Shown piece by piece: positions 11,212 to 24,362 of a stretch of 64,000 bases of DNA (the stretch's first letter is position 1; each line of letters opens with the position of its first letter). The notes beneath the pieces were generated by a model. The model worked only from the letters and a program-made list of their open reading frames with translations. It was not told the DNA's origin and did not search any database. The position numbers and the translations under genes were made by a program. Origin of the DNA: the human T2T-CHM13v2.0 reference genome, Homo sapiens; the NCBI RefSeq assembly GCF_009914755.1, contig NC_060925.1; one strand, given 5' to 3'.

Positions 11212-14200
11212 GAAGTGGTAGATATTATTATCTCCATTCAGAGATGAGTAAAATGAGGCCCTGAAAAATTAAAATAACTCATCCAAGGTCACAGCCAATA
11301 AGTGGCTGAACTGGGGTTTGAACCTAATCTGTCCCAGGTCCATAGTCTCTCCTTGTCTCAGGCCACACTGTTTCTCCTGATGAGAAAAACTAATGCAGGG
11401 ATACACAAGAAATACATTTACCCAAAGTTACATGAGTTCAAATGGCAATTCCACTGTATGGACTATTGTAGAGGTTGTTGATCTCAGCACTATGTGGACT
11501 CAGCAGTATGGATGTCTTTGTTCTAGGGACATCAACAAGCTGATTTTTGAATTATGAATTTTCTGCAGAAAATAGGAAAATGGTGCTCTCCTTTAAGTAG
11601 AAACAACAAACAGTAGCTGGTTGCCATGGTAGCAGAGGTAAACTTAACCTTGACTGGGAAGGCAATCACCAGAAAGGGACAGCAAGTATGGTCAGGAGTC
11701 TAAACCAGACCAGGGGTATTTTAACTGGAGAAGAGAAAGTCAAAGGAGAGAAATGATAGTCATCTTTAGTTATTTGAAAGGCTACTGTGTAACTGAAGTG
11801 AAGCATACATTCAAGATTATTCTAAATGGAAAATCCAGCATTCATGAGTGGAAATTACAATGCAGTCATGGAAGCCAGTTTTCCACTGAATGATAAGAAA
11901 GAACATTTAACCATCGTAATGTTCCAACTGGATTGAAAAACTAAACAAGCTGTCTAGAGAGCAATAGGTCGCTAAAATAGAAAGATCCTAACAGGAAGGT
12001 CATCTCTCTTGGGAGACCCAGTGTGGGTGAGACTGGGCTAAACAAATTCTCAGGCCCCCTCCCCAAGCAAAATCTCTGTTTCTCCAGAGAATTAGTAAAT
12101 TGGGGTTCCCTGTTGAAAACAGACAAATGGAAGGTCCACTGGGCGGAAAGCCCCAGCCGCTCATCACTACAAGAGGAGAGGTAAACTACAATCTCACCTG
12201 GGAAGAAAATGTTGTTTAGGTGACACAAACCAAGGGGAGGAGAAACCTTGTGGAGGATTTTTCTCCTCTGTTCTGAATAGATGATCAAGGGGTAAGGCAG
12301 TAAGGGCAAAACCAAAAACAAAACAAACAGAAAAAAACCCACCAAGAATCAAGCAGCTTTCTGCTGTCTTCCAACCCTCAGACACTCTGATGCCTCTTTC
12401 TTGGAATGTACCGCCACCTCCCACTGCTTTGGCCTAAAGACTGCATTTAATTTTAAAAAGAAAATAGGCAACCATCCAGCTAGGGGACAGTTAGAGTAAC
12501 AGTTGATTAGTCCTTTTCTAAACACTGTCTTTTGTTTCATTGCTCTTTATTTGCTGTACACCAACAATTCATTAAAAACATCTCACCACTAGATTTAGTG
12601 AATGGAGAGGACAGGTCTAAACCCAAACATTCCTCTTGGAAAACCGACTACATTGTAAATTTGCAGACCTGTCCAGGAAAGTAAAACTGTTACAAAGTCA
12701 ACCTCTACTGAGGCACACAGCCTCCTTTGTAAAAGAAAAAAAAAAAAAGAGGTGCTAAAAAAATGACAGGTTTTTCTTAAAAAACAACAGGTTTTTCTTA
12801 AAAAACAACAAAATCTTATTCATCTTTCCATATTCAGCATGAAGAACACCTAAGAGAATTTTCCCTATCGCCTCATCTCCAGGGCACTCAAAGCATTTAC
12901 AATCTCATTATTTTATACAACACCCATTAAGTGGGCACCAAAGATTATTACCCTTCTTTGATTTCTAAGAAAGCAACTACAGAAAGTTTAAACAAGTTGC
13001 CCAAGGTCGTTCAGTAAATTGAGATGCTTGGATTTTCCGTTCAGTGATTGTTCTAGGGACATAGTGCAAAGTGACTGAATCCTCTAAACTCACCAAAACC
13101 CCTAAGTCTTACAGATCTCTTCCCCATTTCTCACCACTCATGAGATTTTCATCATCTAATCACAAATCTGCCACCATGTGGATCTTGGACATGGGTATCC
13201 TACCAGGCCAGTGCCATGTCTGCAAGAAGCCTGGTGCTACACCTGACAGCTTTCAAATCACCATCAAATGATTCCTTTATCTAGTGAAGTTGATTCTGCC
13301 TGGCTGCATCTGGGAAATTTTTAACCCCTCGATTAGCCATTGCACAGTTGGCTTAACTTGGATGAGACAGAGGACAAAATAGTGGTGGTTTAAAAAAATA
13401 CCTCCCCCATTCTGATTACAAAGGAGGCATGATTAACGAAGTACCCTTTGTATCCGAGCTCCATTCTAAGAGAAAGAGAAAGAGCTTTCCTTCCCCCTTT
13501 TTTGATCGCTGAGTCTTTTCCTACTTGTCTCATCACCCACACAATCTGTTCACAGCCCAAACAGACAATCCAGCCAGTCTGTGGAGAGTTCCTAAAACAT
13601 TTATGTTGTGAAAGCAGACAGGATGAACAGGACCTCATCTCGACAAAGGATGATGGGACATTCAGCAAAAGAGTTCACGAAGGGAAATACAGATGGAGTC
13701 CCAGAGCTGAATGAATTTGCCCACAATGTCTAACACAATGCCAGCCCTTATGGGTACTTGTAAACCTTCTGGTCAATTCACAGCCACCTCCAGGTTTTAT
13801 CCCCCAAATTCCATTACTTTTAGAACAAAGGGTTTTAAAAGAAAATACAATTAACAAGTTAAGGAGGTCCAAATCAGTGCTTTAAGGATCCTTCAATTTC
13901 TCTAGACCTTTAAACATAAAAATAGCAAGTTAGATGAAGATTTTAGTTCCAACACTACCAGATCGGGAGTTGACATAATGCACATAAAATACTTAATACA
14001 TTGCCTGGTACATACTAAGTACTCAAATAATATTACCTAATATTTTCATCTTACACTGCTCTATTTTATTAATGATGTTTTTATATATGTCATTGCCTGT
14101 CTACTCAGCTAAATAGTTCCACCTTATCTGTTTTTGGTATAATCCAAAAGATAAATGCCTTCATATAATTATCTTATTTAAGCTTTCAGATCTATAGTAG

Positions 14201-14429
14201 GTTACAGATGAGACAGTAAAAGCAAGACTAGGTCTCATAGCTGGCAAGTGGTAGATTCCCATACTGAGATCTCAACTCACTAATTTAACATCCAGTGCTT
14301 TATTTCAATAACACCACAGATGAACAGATTATCATCTCTCGTGCCTCTTTGTATTCTTCAGAATTTAGCTAAGCGCTAAGATATACCTTAATGATCATCT
14401 AAAATAAATTTCTAATGATAGGTAACCTA

Positions 14430-15001
<572 letters not shown>

Positions 15002-15598
15002 TTAGCACCTTGAGTGAGATGAATCTTGCCTTGGATTATGCACATCAAGTTGTATTTCAGATGGCTGTCCCATACTTTAAAGGCCCATACCAAACCCCCA
15101 TGTATCAAAAAAAAAAATTATCTGATCTAAAAAATGCCTAGATCCCTTAGCCCTTAACAACAAACTGTCTTATTTTATGGATCTTGTCTTCCCAAATTTA
15201 AGTTGCTGGAGGGCAAAATCCATGTGTTTACTCCTTCTGTAGCCCATGGCTAACCTAGTTCAGAACTTGTAGCAACGTGTGCTGCTCATTGCTTCCTCGG
15301 CCTCACAGCCTTCTAGATGTCCCAAAGAAACCTCGAGTCATCATAACATCTACTGAATTTCCCAACCATCCCCAGCACTACTGCTCGGCTTGGGCAGTCA
15401 TTAAAGCTTCTCTTCTGCCTTCAGGATCTTCATTTCAGCTGCTGGGACATCCTGTTGCCATCCATTTCACACAGACATCCAGCCCAGCAGGAACCCGTGT
15501 TGCAATGAGCTTTGCTTCAAAGCCAGCAGCCTGGCCAAGTTCCAGGAATTGTCACTAATGATCTTCACCAGCAACTTGGTGCTCAACAGTGATCTCTG

Positions 15599-15599
<1 letters not shown>

Positions 15600-15637
<38 letters not shown>
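15600..15637. repeat. (CA)~18 microsatellite
   Basis: Direct reading of the sequence. Confidence 0.97.
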
Positions 15638-15639
<2 letters not shown>

Positions 15640-15659
15640 CATTTCCAATACTGCTCTAG

Positions 15660-16073
<414 letters not shown>

Positions 16074-16112
16074 TCCACCAACTTATTTTTAAACTGAAGA
16101 AGGCATAACAAG

Positions 16113-16630
16113 TGTATCAGTTTCTTTTGGTTGTAAGAGACAGGAAAGCCTGCTCAAAGATACTTAAGCAAAAACTAAATTAGTAAGATGATACTGAAAA
16201 ATATCTAGAGATAAAGCAGTCTTCTAGTGGTTGTTTTGAGAAATCAGATTATGTCAACAGATCTCACTTCTCTACAGTCATTGAATTCCACCCTGTATTT
16301 TATTAGCTTCATTCTCAGGCTTCATTGGAAAGACTCCAACAATTCCAGGCTTATATTCTGTGAGTTGAAATTCAGTAAGAAAAAGAGAGGACATCTCTTC
16401 CTGGTAGCCTCCACACAAGTCTCAGAATTCACTCTAATTAGACTAACTTGAGGCATAAATCCACCGTGGCTAGTGCTTGGCTTGGTCACATGTCCATCAC
16501 TGGAATCAGAAGTGAAGATTCTCTTAAGGCACATGGACTGAGAGTGGGGAAAAAAATGCTCCACAAAGGAGATTCAGGCAGATCCTGCTGCCAAAACAAA
16601 TAGGCGAAACACTAGGCAGCCAAAAAACAC
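16113..16630 (-). mobile_element. Old MaLR LTR (MLT1-type)
   Basis: Starts TGTATCAGTTTCTTTTGGTTGTAAGAGACAG...CTTAAGCAAAAA, typical of MLT1 ends. Highly diverged. Confidence 0.45.
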
Positions 16631-16769
16631 CAATCATCCTCTCCAATAAATCTTCCTTCTTTTCCTAATCTTCAAGAAGTTGTATTACTGGGATGATCCA
16701 ACTTTGAAAATAGTATATTAAAAGAAAGGAACAACCACGCAAGTCATATAAAAATATATGTAGCCAGTA

Positions 16770-17240
16770 GGCACATGAAAAGAGGTTTACCATTACTATC
16801 AATCAACGAAATGTAAATTAAAAGAATAAGATATTATCAGCACATTGGGAAACATTTTTTAAACAAAAGTAATCACCAGTACTGGCTAACATGCAAAGAG
16901 ATAGACATTCCCAGATTTGGCTAATGGGTGATATGATGATTATCACTGACCATCAAAATCCTTAAAAATGTGCATTTCATTTTACCTAAGATAAATTCAC
17001 AAAAGTGAATTTACTAAGGAAATAATAAAGGATGTACATAAGAATTTAAATACAAAGAAGATTTCTCCAGTATTGTTTATAATAGCCTTAAACTGGAATT
17101 ATTCTAAATGTCCAACAATAGATTGAGCAATTTAATTTTATCCATACTATGGGTTATCATACTGACACTAAAAATAACCTTTCAATGCATGTTTATTAGC
17201 ATGGCTTAAATAAGTAGAAAGGCACTATACAAAAGAATTA
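16770..17240 (+). mobile_element. Old L1M 3' fragment
   Basis: L1-like motifs (GCACATGAAAAGA..., TTGTTTATAATAGC...AAATGTCCAACAATAG). Confidence 0.55.
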
Positions 17241-20200
17241 ATAAAGTGGGCAACAATAGCATCATTCACTAACTAAACCCAGTAAATTAGTTTCACCCTC
17301 ATCTCCTAGGCACTCCCTGGTTCCTTCTTTAAGATTTACCCTGGGGTTCTAAAGACCCAGATTCCACCCGGGGAAAGAGAAAAACTCTGGACACCCTCAG
17401 CAGGCTAAAATGTGTTGAATAAATATGTAAAGAGAGAATCAACAACTGTTCATGGGAATGGCTTGCTACACAGAGGAGGGTGAAGAAGATGGACCACAAC
17501 TGTCATTTACTTGTCCTGGAAGAGAGCTCAAAAAGAAATGTTTGGCCAATACACAGTGATTTCTATCACAAGTAGTTCATATTTTTTAAAACTACTCTTT
17601 TTTCTTGTTCTTCAACTTGTCATAATGTAGCAATTAATATTCAAATCCCGAGTTATTCCTTCCACAAACATAGCTACTGCCTTGCCAAATAAACCATACC
17701 ACAAACAGTTACTCCCCATCTCAGTTTTCATAAGTTTAAAATGTAAATATCCCTGATGGACTGGCCTATCTTAGAGTGTTGTTGGGAAGATCAAATAAGA
17801 TGATTTCTACTAAAGTACCTTCAAGAAGGATAAAAGCACTATACAAATGTGAGGTATCAGGTGTATCAGTGCATTACGCAGATTTCACAAACACACAACA
17901 GAGCATGGGAGAGTTCATGGCAAGCCTCTGGCTCCTCCATTACCCTCATGTCCTTTTCCCTGCAGTCATTTCAGAAAACCAGATGTTTGTTTGCAAAGTT
18001 TCTCTGCAGCAAAAGGGCAGGCCCTCTCTACATTCAAATTGGCTGAAGCTGTGTTTCTAGCTGTTGAAACTTAGACAATAATGGGGGGAGATGCCAAAAT
18101 TAATCCAAAAAGCAGACAGGCACACTTTACAGACTGGAGCCCTGAGATGGAAAAAGGCAGCAGCATGAACAAGTAGAGGGTTAATGGTTTTCATATTATT
18201 TAATTCAAGCCGCAACAATGACAGATTCTAAAGATATAAACTTCTGAGAGTGAGCATTCTTTCAGAATTAGTATACAGGGGTCCTATTAGCAATATTTTA
18301 TATACTCCAAATATCTTCCCAAAGGAAATCACTGCTGAAAAAGACAAAGTTCTTTGTTGGTAGGGCTGTGCGTTTATACCATGGACTTAAATACTTTTCT
18401 TCTACAGTCTCCTCATTTTAAAAAATGGCAAAAAATTTCAATAAAACATGGATGGAGCAATAAGAAGTACACTGAAGTTCTTAAATGCCCTTCTTTTTAA
18501 ATCCCCACCCCAATTACGTCCCTCCCTTGAGGATATTTACAGTCCTCTATGACACATGCTCTGTACCTTCTTGGTTCAAGGAAAACACACCTACAGCATT
18601 TCAAATTAACTACTGACCCTTACTCTCACACTATAAACAAACCCTTTTCACAATCTCAATTGCATTGTGTCCACATTGATTAAAGCTTGAAGCCTGGTGA
18701 CCTCATGTGGTGTTAACTTCTCCCATGCACCAACAGCATTCCGCCTTTCTACTCAATTACCCCCTTTGGTGCCAGAGGATCGCTACCCAATGAACACATA
18801 CAATGGACTTCTGCTTCATTACACTAACCAACAGCAGGATAGAAATAAGCAGAAGAGGAATAAACAAGCTAATTTATCATGAGGACAGAGCAAGCTTTCA
18901 CCAGTCTCGCCATGGAAAACTTCAGTGGTTAACGGGAACATCAATAGTCTGGGGGTGATGTTTATGATCTTACAGATTATGGACAAAGCCATAACAGAAC
19001 CCCAAACTGACTGAAGAATTCTGCAGATTGGCAGGTGTGAACACACGCACACAAAACCCATGCCTTAAAACTCCGGGGTCCTACATAAAACCTACTCAGT
19101 AATTATTTTGGGAAGCATAACCCTGGGCTTTGGATAACGTGGGCTGACACTCTGGTAATTTGCTCCAACTGTTCAGCTTAACTGTGGGGCCCCTCTTATT
19201 TATCTTTGACAAGGTGGTCAGGAGGAACCCAGCCCCTTTGTGAGAGGGGTCTGGTTCCCCCACCGCCCCCTGCTTCATTAGGCATGGCAAGGACACAGCG
19301 GTTGATTAAATTAACAACTTTGGAGGGCTTCAGTCCCAGTTCCCAGACATTAGCACCATCATCCAGAACAAATTAAAAGTCTCACAGCAATTAAGCAGAT
19401 TTTGAAAATGAATTTCCCATGGTTCAATGGCTCAACCACAATCTTGAGTTAAGTATCAGAGAAGAGTATTGAAGGAAGAGAAGAGGAACTGACTGCTGAA
19501 ATTCCAAAGTAAACATACAACTGGTAGAAGCAGCATACACAATAAACTTCTGAGCCTCTGCTAAGTAGGCTTATACATTTCTTTTATAGAAAATTGGAAA
19601 TATTCAGTCACATAAGGGGAAAGAATAAAACATTAACATAGAATGGTTGTATCAAAATGGTGGATTTTTTTTCTTTTTTCTTTGTTTTTAATTACTTTAA
19701 CATCATTTTATTCTTGTTCAAAAATATAAATAGATATTGAGAGGGGACAAAAATACCTACTTCCAGTCACAGGCTTTTAAATTCAAACAAGAAATCGTAC
19801 ATCCAAGTCTGGAACTGGAATCATCTATATTTCTCTGAACCAGTACAACTAGGTTCACAGCAGGCAAAGACCTTTTATGCCAGCCTCCAAAGAACCCTGG
19901 GTGGGTGATTTACCTCTAAGAACTCATTTCTGGATCAAAAGAATAAGATTAATGATAAAATCATACCTATCACATTCTAGGTGTGTACTCTTTGCCAGGC
20001 ACTGCCGTTTTGAGGCCTTGTCATACTTGCTTCCTTCCCTTTCAGTTTACATATGCTCCTTTAATCCCTGTTCCCGCCTCGCACCTCTGCCTGGCTCTAC
20101 TTGCAAGTCACAGGCCTCCGTTCCTCTTTGCCTGCAGGCAGACATTTGGCACAGCTTGTGTGCAGGAACCTGGAGGAATCCTGAAGGAATGTGCGAATGA

Positions 20201-23200
20201 ATTCATTCCCACTCACCAGATCTATAAGCTGAAGACAGTGGAATGCAGAGGTAGTTACTTGAATGAACTATATTTTCCTGTCAAGGGCATTTATAAAAGC
20301 TGACATCATAAATACATTATTGGTCTCTAAGTACAACTGTAAATAAATCTACAAAATTCTTAGAAGGATAACTTTCAAAGATTTGTTTTTCATCTTTAAA
20401 AGTTTATAGAAAATTAAGCAAACTATGTGGCTCTTCTAAAAGAAGCCCCTTCAAAATAGCCCTCACGGAACAGAAGAAACACATTTACTTCTTAAAGACA
20501 GTAAATCTCAAAATTTGCATTACAGTTCAACAGTTCCATTTGGATATTCAAAATTTGGAAATATATATACTTCTGTGTGTTCCCTTCTTCCCACTAAACT
20601 TTAATCAACTAGTATAGACAACCAGCCACAGTCAATTATCTGGCTTTATGGCCAAGTAGGGACCAAAATATATAACCCAGACATAATAACAATCAGCATA
20701 ACAGTAGGCATAGGTAATGAAACTCTCCGCTAGTGGTCAGAAAGCTCAGTTCAAACCTTATTTCTCACTATGTCTTCCTTGGACCTTAGTTTCCACAATA
20801 TAATGGAAAAACGTCCCTTTCCAACTCCAAAATTGTACCATTTTAGAAATGTAAGCATGTATATTATGAAGGTAACACAATCTTTTATGTTCAAGTGAAT
20901 AATAAAAACCCTCCTCCCATTTAAATAATAATAGCCTGGAATATAATGTTATAAAACTTAGGGAGGACCTCAAAGCCTTAAAGTAGAAGCATTTTAGTTA
21001 CCTCCACAATAGGTCCAAAATGCAAGGCATTCATCTATTCACCTCTTCAACAGATATTATTGGGTACCTACATTGCATTGATCTGTAGTAACAGCCATAA
21101 AGGTGAGTATATTAGACCATCATTATTCTCATACAGCTTACAGTTTGACAGAGGTTATATTTTAATCATTATTTTTTGTTTAAAATTTCTTATAAACTAT
21201 AATTCTAGCTAATGTTTCAGAAGTAATTAATATTTTATTTTTAAAAATCATTTTTCCTCAAAGTTTGACTTTAAGAAGTCTTTGTCATTCACGTTATTAT
21301 CTAGAAGCAAAAAAATTTCCCAGTGGATGATGACTCCAATTTTATAATGTAAAACAGAAGTACAACTGGGATTCACTTCGCAGCAAGCAAAGAGGGAATA
21401 AATCTCTTCCACATAATGAGTGATATCCATTTAAAAAAGTCATGCTACCTGGGCTTATCTATGCTCTAAAGAGCCATGAATACTGGCCCAGAATTTTAAA
21501 AGACAAACATTTAGATTCAAATTAAATGTTGGTTAAAAAGAGGAAAAACAACCCAAGTTAATTACTCTAATTTACCGAATATATGAATGACCTGCTTATT
21601 GGACTATTGGCTAGCATAGATCTTGCCTAATAGGAAGGCTATCAAGCAGGGTGGCTGGGTTTCTAATTTTATCCAATCAATTAAGAGGCAGAAATAACCT
21701 GCCCATTGACCTTACGAGACACAAGTTGACTCCAGAATAAACAAACAAACAGACTTGAAAAGTTAATTATGGGCAACCTCTCCTTCAGAGAAATGGCTCA
21801 CATATATTAATTGATCTAACACCTATGTGCAGGCTCCCAAGAAGATGGAACTCGTTCTCTCATTTAAATCCCACAACCCCCGTGACTCAGAGATTTTTGG
21901 TTCAGGAAACTGAGGCTCACAGAATTTAAATGGTTAGTCTAGGTTACAAAGCAAGTTTGATAACAAAGAGATAAATCAGATCACTGCCATTTATCAACCA
22001 TAAAACCACATTCCATCAGTTATTATAGAAATCCATCACTTTGAATGGAGAGATCAAGTTTCTCAAGGATTAAGCTTCTCATTTAACATGAACTATCAAA
22101 TGGAAAACCTCGAGCCAACACTTATTTTTATAGCGTGACTATTTCTCAAGAATCCTGTAAGAAGCCCACATCAAGAGGCAACTTTCAAAATTACTAAAAT
22201 TTCAAAAATTTCAAAATTACAAAAGTAACAGTTCTGTCAAGTGGGAAGAGTTAATGCCTTTCCTTTACAGAGCTGCTTTATGTAACTAGCCGAAGTTTTA
22301 ACATAGAAATATTACTGTTTCATATATACATTAATCTTGACTTTGTTAAAATCCCAAACATACTGCTCATCGATCTCCTAAACTTTCTCTTTTTCAAGAA
22401 GTAGGTAGGGGAGGGAAGGAAGGTATTGGAGGAATTCTTCTGATATCTGTAAAAACAGAAACAAATGCTAATTAAAAGATGACCTTAGTGCCCTTTCAGT
22501 TTAAAAATCTTGAGCATTTACAAATTATCTTTTTTTTCTCTTTCATCAACTATTACCCAGAAATACCACATTCTCATAGAGCAAAGCTCTGTCCTGTTTG
22601 GGCATGTTCAAAGAATAGTGCCAGGGATTTAATACTGGCATGCTCATGGACCTGCAAATTCTGAAATTCAGGGGGAGGCATGAATAAAAAGATAGCTGAG
22701 GTCCCACAGTTGCCTGTCACAGCCAAGCCCCACCCCACCCACATCCTCATATGATCCTCAAGAAGCAAAACCTTTCTGAGATATTCTATAAGTGACAGCA
22801 AGGCCCAATGTGCAGTCTTTTCAAAGCCTCAGTAAAAATCTTATCTATGACTTCACTTAGCCCAGACACACAGGAGCTAAAAGGTAAAAGCCTGGTTCAC
22901 ACAAGCCAGAACTAGCTCAACAGAACCGAAAAAAGAAAGGAATGTCTTTTCTATATCTTTTCCATGTCTGAGGCATTCTGCTCTGGGGCAAATTACAACC
23001 TAAATAAGAACAGATAAAATATATGGGAACTGAGTAAAAGAAATAGAACCTCAAAAAGGGCTGCTCTGCCTGGAAAGAAGGCTGGAATTCATAAAACATG
23101 GAACGTAACTTTTTTAGTGATCACCTGAAGGCAAGCTTGTTAAACAGAGACTTAAAAGTCAAGATTTATTTCAGCTAAATTAGATGGTGCAGAAAAACAT

Positions 23201-24327
23201 AGTGCTTCGTGACTCTGCTCAGTTTCAACAAAATGAAAAGACAGAGGAGGAAGAATTTACAGTATAATACTTGCACCACTCAAATCACAAAAATACACTT
23301 GTTAGTCACAAAGGAGGGGCCCATAACATTGTAAGCCTTATTTTGGCAATGTGAATTTTCTGCTTGCAATTACCTTCAAAGTGAAGAAATGGCAGAGACG
23401 AAGAATGAGGAATTTTGTTGCTGCTTTTGTATGTAAATTCGACCAAAATATATAGTGCTATGTGACTTTACCCCAAGCTCACTAGAACTTCGGAATTATG
23501 CCTGCCACAAACATCCTCCGAAAGCACAAGAATTAGTCATAGATTTTTTTAGTCAAGGAAGCCTCAGACTGATAAAGTCTTAAAACTAGACGCAAGGACT
23601 GTGCTTTGGATTGGATAAGTAATGACTATACTGCGTGGTTTTGGTGTGTGTTTTTTAGAGTTTTAAATTTACATTTCCCCAAGCAGGAGGAAGGGAATGT
23701 ACCACACCCTCAGCAAGCAAGGAAGGAATTTAGTTGATTTTTTTTAAATTCTGTAGTGTTCCTTAAAATCCACATAGCATAGCATAACATTCTATATAAT
23801 TCTGTTGTTCCATAAGGGATTGGCTAAGTATATTAAGGATACAAAGGGAAGGGGGAGATGACAAAGTTATTGCTATTTTATTTTCAAGTGACAGAAAAAT
23901 CAATCGAGCTATAAGAAGCACCAGTTGGGAATGTTCTGCACATTAACTCTTTAATAGCCTTAGACAGAAATCAGATGATCTTCACACTGAAACTCTGAAG
24001 GACATATATCTTTGGGGCACTGAGTAGCATTAGAAACTGCGTCCAAGCCATGGCTCCACCTCTAATTGCATGAACTGAATGGCTTCCCTTTCCTGGGACT
24101 CGAATTCCTTCTAAATTAAGGTAGAACAAGATAGTCTTGAAGGCCCTTTCATCCTTACGATTTAATACTGACAAGCTCTTCAGCTTCTATTCAGGACAAA
24201 CACCACCAAAGTGTATGGATACAATGGATTCAAGTAGCCACACTCATGGACAGTGACAAAATCCCACAGCTTTAGGGTGGAATCAAGTATCATATTGGCC
24301 TAGAATGTATTGATGCTGCCAAGGTGT

Positions 24328-24362
24328 GGGGTGGGGGTGGGGGTGGGGGTGGGGGGCAGGGG
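24328..24362 (+). repeat. (GGGGGT)n G-rich repeat
   Basis: GGGGTGGGGGTGGGGGTGGGGGTGGGGGGCAGGGG read directly. Confidence 0.9.
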
